From: Andalucia godoyi And28
Lineage: Eukaryota > Protista > Jakobida
Assembly (NCBI GenBank): GCA_009859145.1
Contig: VRVR01000001.1
Span: forward strand, 264,463 to 328,462
DNA length: 64,000 nucleotides
Direction: 5' to 3'
Part shown: positions 61,596 to 64,000 of the stretch, in pieces
Numbering within the stretch: the stretch's first letter is position 1
Layout of the letters: each line of letters starts with the position of its first letter
Made by a program: the position numbers and the translations under genes
Notes under the pieces: generated by a model
What the model was told of the DNA's origin: nothing
Database searches by the model: none
The model's input: only the letters and a program-made list of their open reading frames with translations

Positions 61596-61767
61596 CAGTT
61601 CCAGAAAATTCAATCAAACTCGTGTCTCGAGCACTGCATTTCCGTCTTGTTATTGATTTACCTTTTATTCCGTTTCTTTCTGCCGTCTTCATGTTGCCAA
61701 CAGATCTTTTTGGTTATTCTTAATTAAATAATAAAGAAGGGGTAGAAACGGACGGGTGCTCCACATT

Positions 61768-62295
61768 ATGCACACTGAGATATTCGTATCGCTGACGCCG
61801 GTGGAAAGGTATGTTCTTTTCCTTTTCACATTCTTGTTTTTCTCTCGCTATGCAAACGCGACGGTTATGGTCATTGCAGCAGAAGATGGGCGTCAATGAG
61901 TGGAAGTGGAGTTCTCACTGGCTTTTCCCCCTTCTCATCACAACAGCGCCGAAGACTGCACCATTCATGTCCGCCTTGGAGACGGAATCTGGTCCGGAGC
62001 GACGTGCATGAATGACGAGCTGATGCAAGCGGACTCTGCTTCGCTCGAAACCGAGATGCAATTTCCATCGTTTGTAAAGCTGCAAGATCTCGCGTGCAAG
62101 GTTCTCGATCGGTTCCAGAAGGCCCAAAAGACAAACAGCGAGATGAAAAGACAGCTGAAGGACCATCTCGATCTTCTTCATCGATACAATGCACTTCGCG
62201 ATACTGCATCCATGCTTGCAGGACGCGTGGCAGAGATGAAACAGTCCACGGTATCCAGGGTTCATGAAGAATACGGCATCGCTATGGACGACTGA
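61768..62295 (+). CDS. SWI5: Swi5/Sae3 recombination mediator; probable join(61768..61808,61947..62295)
   Basis: C-terminal HLDLLHRYNALRDTASMLAGRVAEMKQSTVSRVHEEYGIAMDD is the Swi5 domain. A 138-nt GTATGT..CAG intron with a pyrimidine tract links ATG 61768 in frame; alternative start ATG 62008. Confidence 0.85.
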
Positions 62296-62524
62296 GTGCG
62301 TACGCAAAGGCCAGTCATGCCAGGGCCCAAGGACACAGCGCACAGCATGCTGTTTTAATCGAGGTTTTAACAGATACAATAATACAACATAGAACAAACA
62401 AACAAGAATAATTAGAAGCATACCACAAAATGCAATGGTCCACAGAGAGAGAGAGAGAGAGACAGAGACAGAGGGAGACAGAAAGAGTATGTATCGGGGG
62501 AGTGGATAAGCGGATGGGTGGATG

Positions 62525-63106
62525 TTAGGACGATCGTGAGTCGATCCATTGCTGCACGATTTGCTTCACCACTTCCGTGTTACGGTCCATGTCCTCGATC
62601 GAGTTGCTCTCAAGAACATGAACAATCTCCGCGTCGTACGACTCTTGTGCTTCTTCGACCAACACCCCCATAATTTCGCATTCGATGTTTTCGGTCCGCT
62701 TTCGATCCGAATATCCTCTTCGCGACAGTCTGTCAAACAGCGATTCTGTGCTGCAGGTAAGAACAACCACGATGTCAATCCAGCGCTCTGGAAACAAGTC
62801 GCAAGCATGTGAATCCAGGATTGCGCCTCCTGATTCGCGAATTCCAGTCCCCAAATAGTCTTCCAGGTGATCCAGAAGCGCATCCTCGTCCATGACAAGT
62901 GTGTCGAGCACTTCGTCGTACTCCTCATAGAACTTGCGCTCCTTTACAAGCTTGGCAATGTCAATGTGCTCGAACCAGTCGTCACGCAACGAAGAAGAAG
63001 CAGCCGAAGCATGCTGGCTCAATACAGTCGCTAACGACGATGCAAGAGTTGATTTTCCAGTTCCAGGTGTACCTGTCACTAGTATATTCGGTCGCAATCT
63101 CGTCAT
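62525..63106 (-). CDS. AK6: Adenylate kinase 6 (Fap7/hCINAP)
   Basis: NILVTGTPGTGKST, YDEVLDTLVMDED, DSHACDLFPERW and RGYSDRKRTENIECEI. Confidence 0.95.
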   Translation of the reverse strand: MTRLRPNILVTGTPGTGKSTLASSLATVLSQHASAASSSLRDDWFEHIDIAKLVKERKFYEEYDEVLDTLVMDEDALLDHLEDYLGTGIRESGGAILDSHACDLFPERWIDIVVVLTCSTESLFDRLSRRGYSDRKRTENIECEIMGVLVEEAQESYDAEIVHVLESNSIEDMDRNTEVVKQIVQQWIDSRSS

Positions 63107-63455
63107 ATTTGATAAGCGGTCCTTCTGTGCCTGTGTTTGTGTGTTTTCCTTTTTCTTCTTCTTGTTGCTGTTGTTTATCGACGACCACGAATGGTGGTGG
63201 TCGTCGTCGTGATGCTCGCCTCGCAGAAAACCAGAGACGAAAGGCCCGTGAGAGCGAAACTACGGATTAATTTTTACAACAGTTTGCGCTCTGTGGCGGA
63301 CAAATCCTCCTCATGATTCTTCTCAAATGCCGTTGTCTGTTCAATGGGAAGGATTCTCCAATGTTCCAGGCTTGAACTGAATATACACAAGGGAAACGAA
63401 ATTTTAAAAAAAGCGAGCGAGCGAGCGAGCGAGCGAGAGAGAGAGAGAGAGAGAG

Positions 63456-63701
63456 ATGGCATCGAGCAGTCAGCAAATGTTTACAAAGAAGGACATTGAC
63501 GAGGCATTTCGGGCAATGGACAAGGATGGAAACGGATACATCTCTGCGCTTGATTTGCGGCTGTTCTTTGCGGCACTGGGAGAGAAGCTTGATGACCATG
63601 AAATCGACATGATGATCTCTGAACTGGATGTCGATGGAGACGGCCAAGTTGGTCTTGATGAGTTTGCTAGACTTGCCTCGCAAAAGACTCGCAAAGGATA
63701 G
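63456..63701 (+). CDS. Small two-EF-hand calmodulin-like protein
   Basis: [19 protein letters not shown] and [22 protein letters not shown]. The ATG directly follows a (GCGA)n(GA)n tract. Confidence 0.9.
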   Translation: MASSSQQMFTKKDIDEAFRAMDKDGNGYISALDLRLFFAALGEKLDDHEIDMMISELDVDGDGQVGLDEFARLASQKTRKG

Positions 63702-64000
63702 CAGTATTAGTAAAAACTCGAGAGTTTGATTCGTGAGCATGCTGCTTGTGCAAGTCGGAAAATGGAAAGAGAAAGAGCGATGCACATCTAGTTTCAGAAT
63801 TGTACAACAAGACAGTAAGAGTCCACATGAACAACACAAGACAGATTGCAGCTCCTCTTTTCCTCTCAAATGAGACAAGGATTCGATCTAGGAAGATGAT
63901 GCCACAGACTCGGCTTCTCTCCACTTCGAACTCCACTTTGGAACCACAGTCGTTCCAGCTGCGGCAGAAAATGATCCTGCGCCCAGTCCACCTTCCATTT

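Noticed and set aside
63667-64000. Minus-strand ORF at the window end
   Set aside because: It overlaps the EF-hand gene's 3' end, has no recognisable motif and is cut by the window edge, so the frame cannot be decided.

Overview
This is gene-dense, intron-poor eukaryotic nuclear DNA from a flagellated, aerobic protist. Flagellar genes include CFAP91 and a partial-p25alpha protein; mitochondrial genes include NDUFB4, mL59, LETM1 and an acetyl-CoA synthetase with a targeting peptide. A compact discobid/jakobid-like genome is my guess only. There are about 35 protein genes, most intronless and several with GT-AG introns of 95-150 nt; coding and non-coding DNA carry many microsatellites. No CRISPR array, rRNA or credible tRNA was seen. 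Signals the ORF track does not explain: (1) Two intergenic Fanzor/TnpB-derived loci, 23979-24404 (-) and 61288-61575 (+). They keep only the C-terminal Zn-ribbon/RuvC-III codons (DRDWNGARN) followed by an omegaRNA-like scaffold, with tetraloop hairpins and a conserved GCCUA/UAGGC pseudoknot complement. Each ends 193 nt upstream of a co-oriented, putative DNA double-strand-break repair gene (PAXX-like and SWI5-like). (2) A complete C/D-box snoRNA in the single, enlarged intron of Prp43/DHX15, whose D' guide predicts 2'-O-methylation of U6 A53 (mgU6-53 type). (3) A dispersed repeat family of three copies, two of which share an 89-nt identical core.
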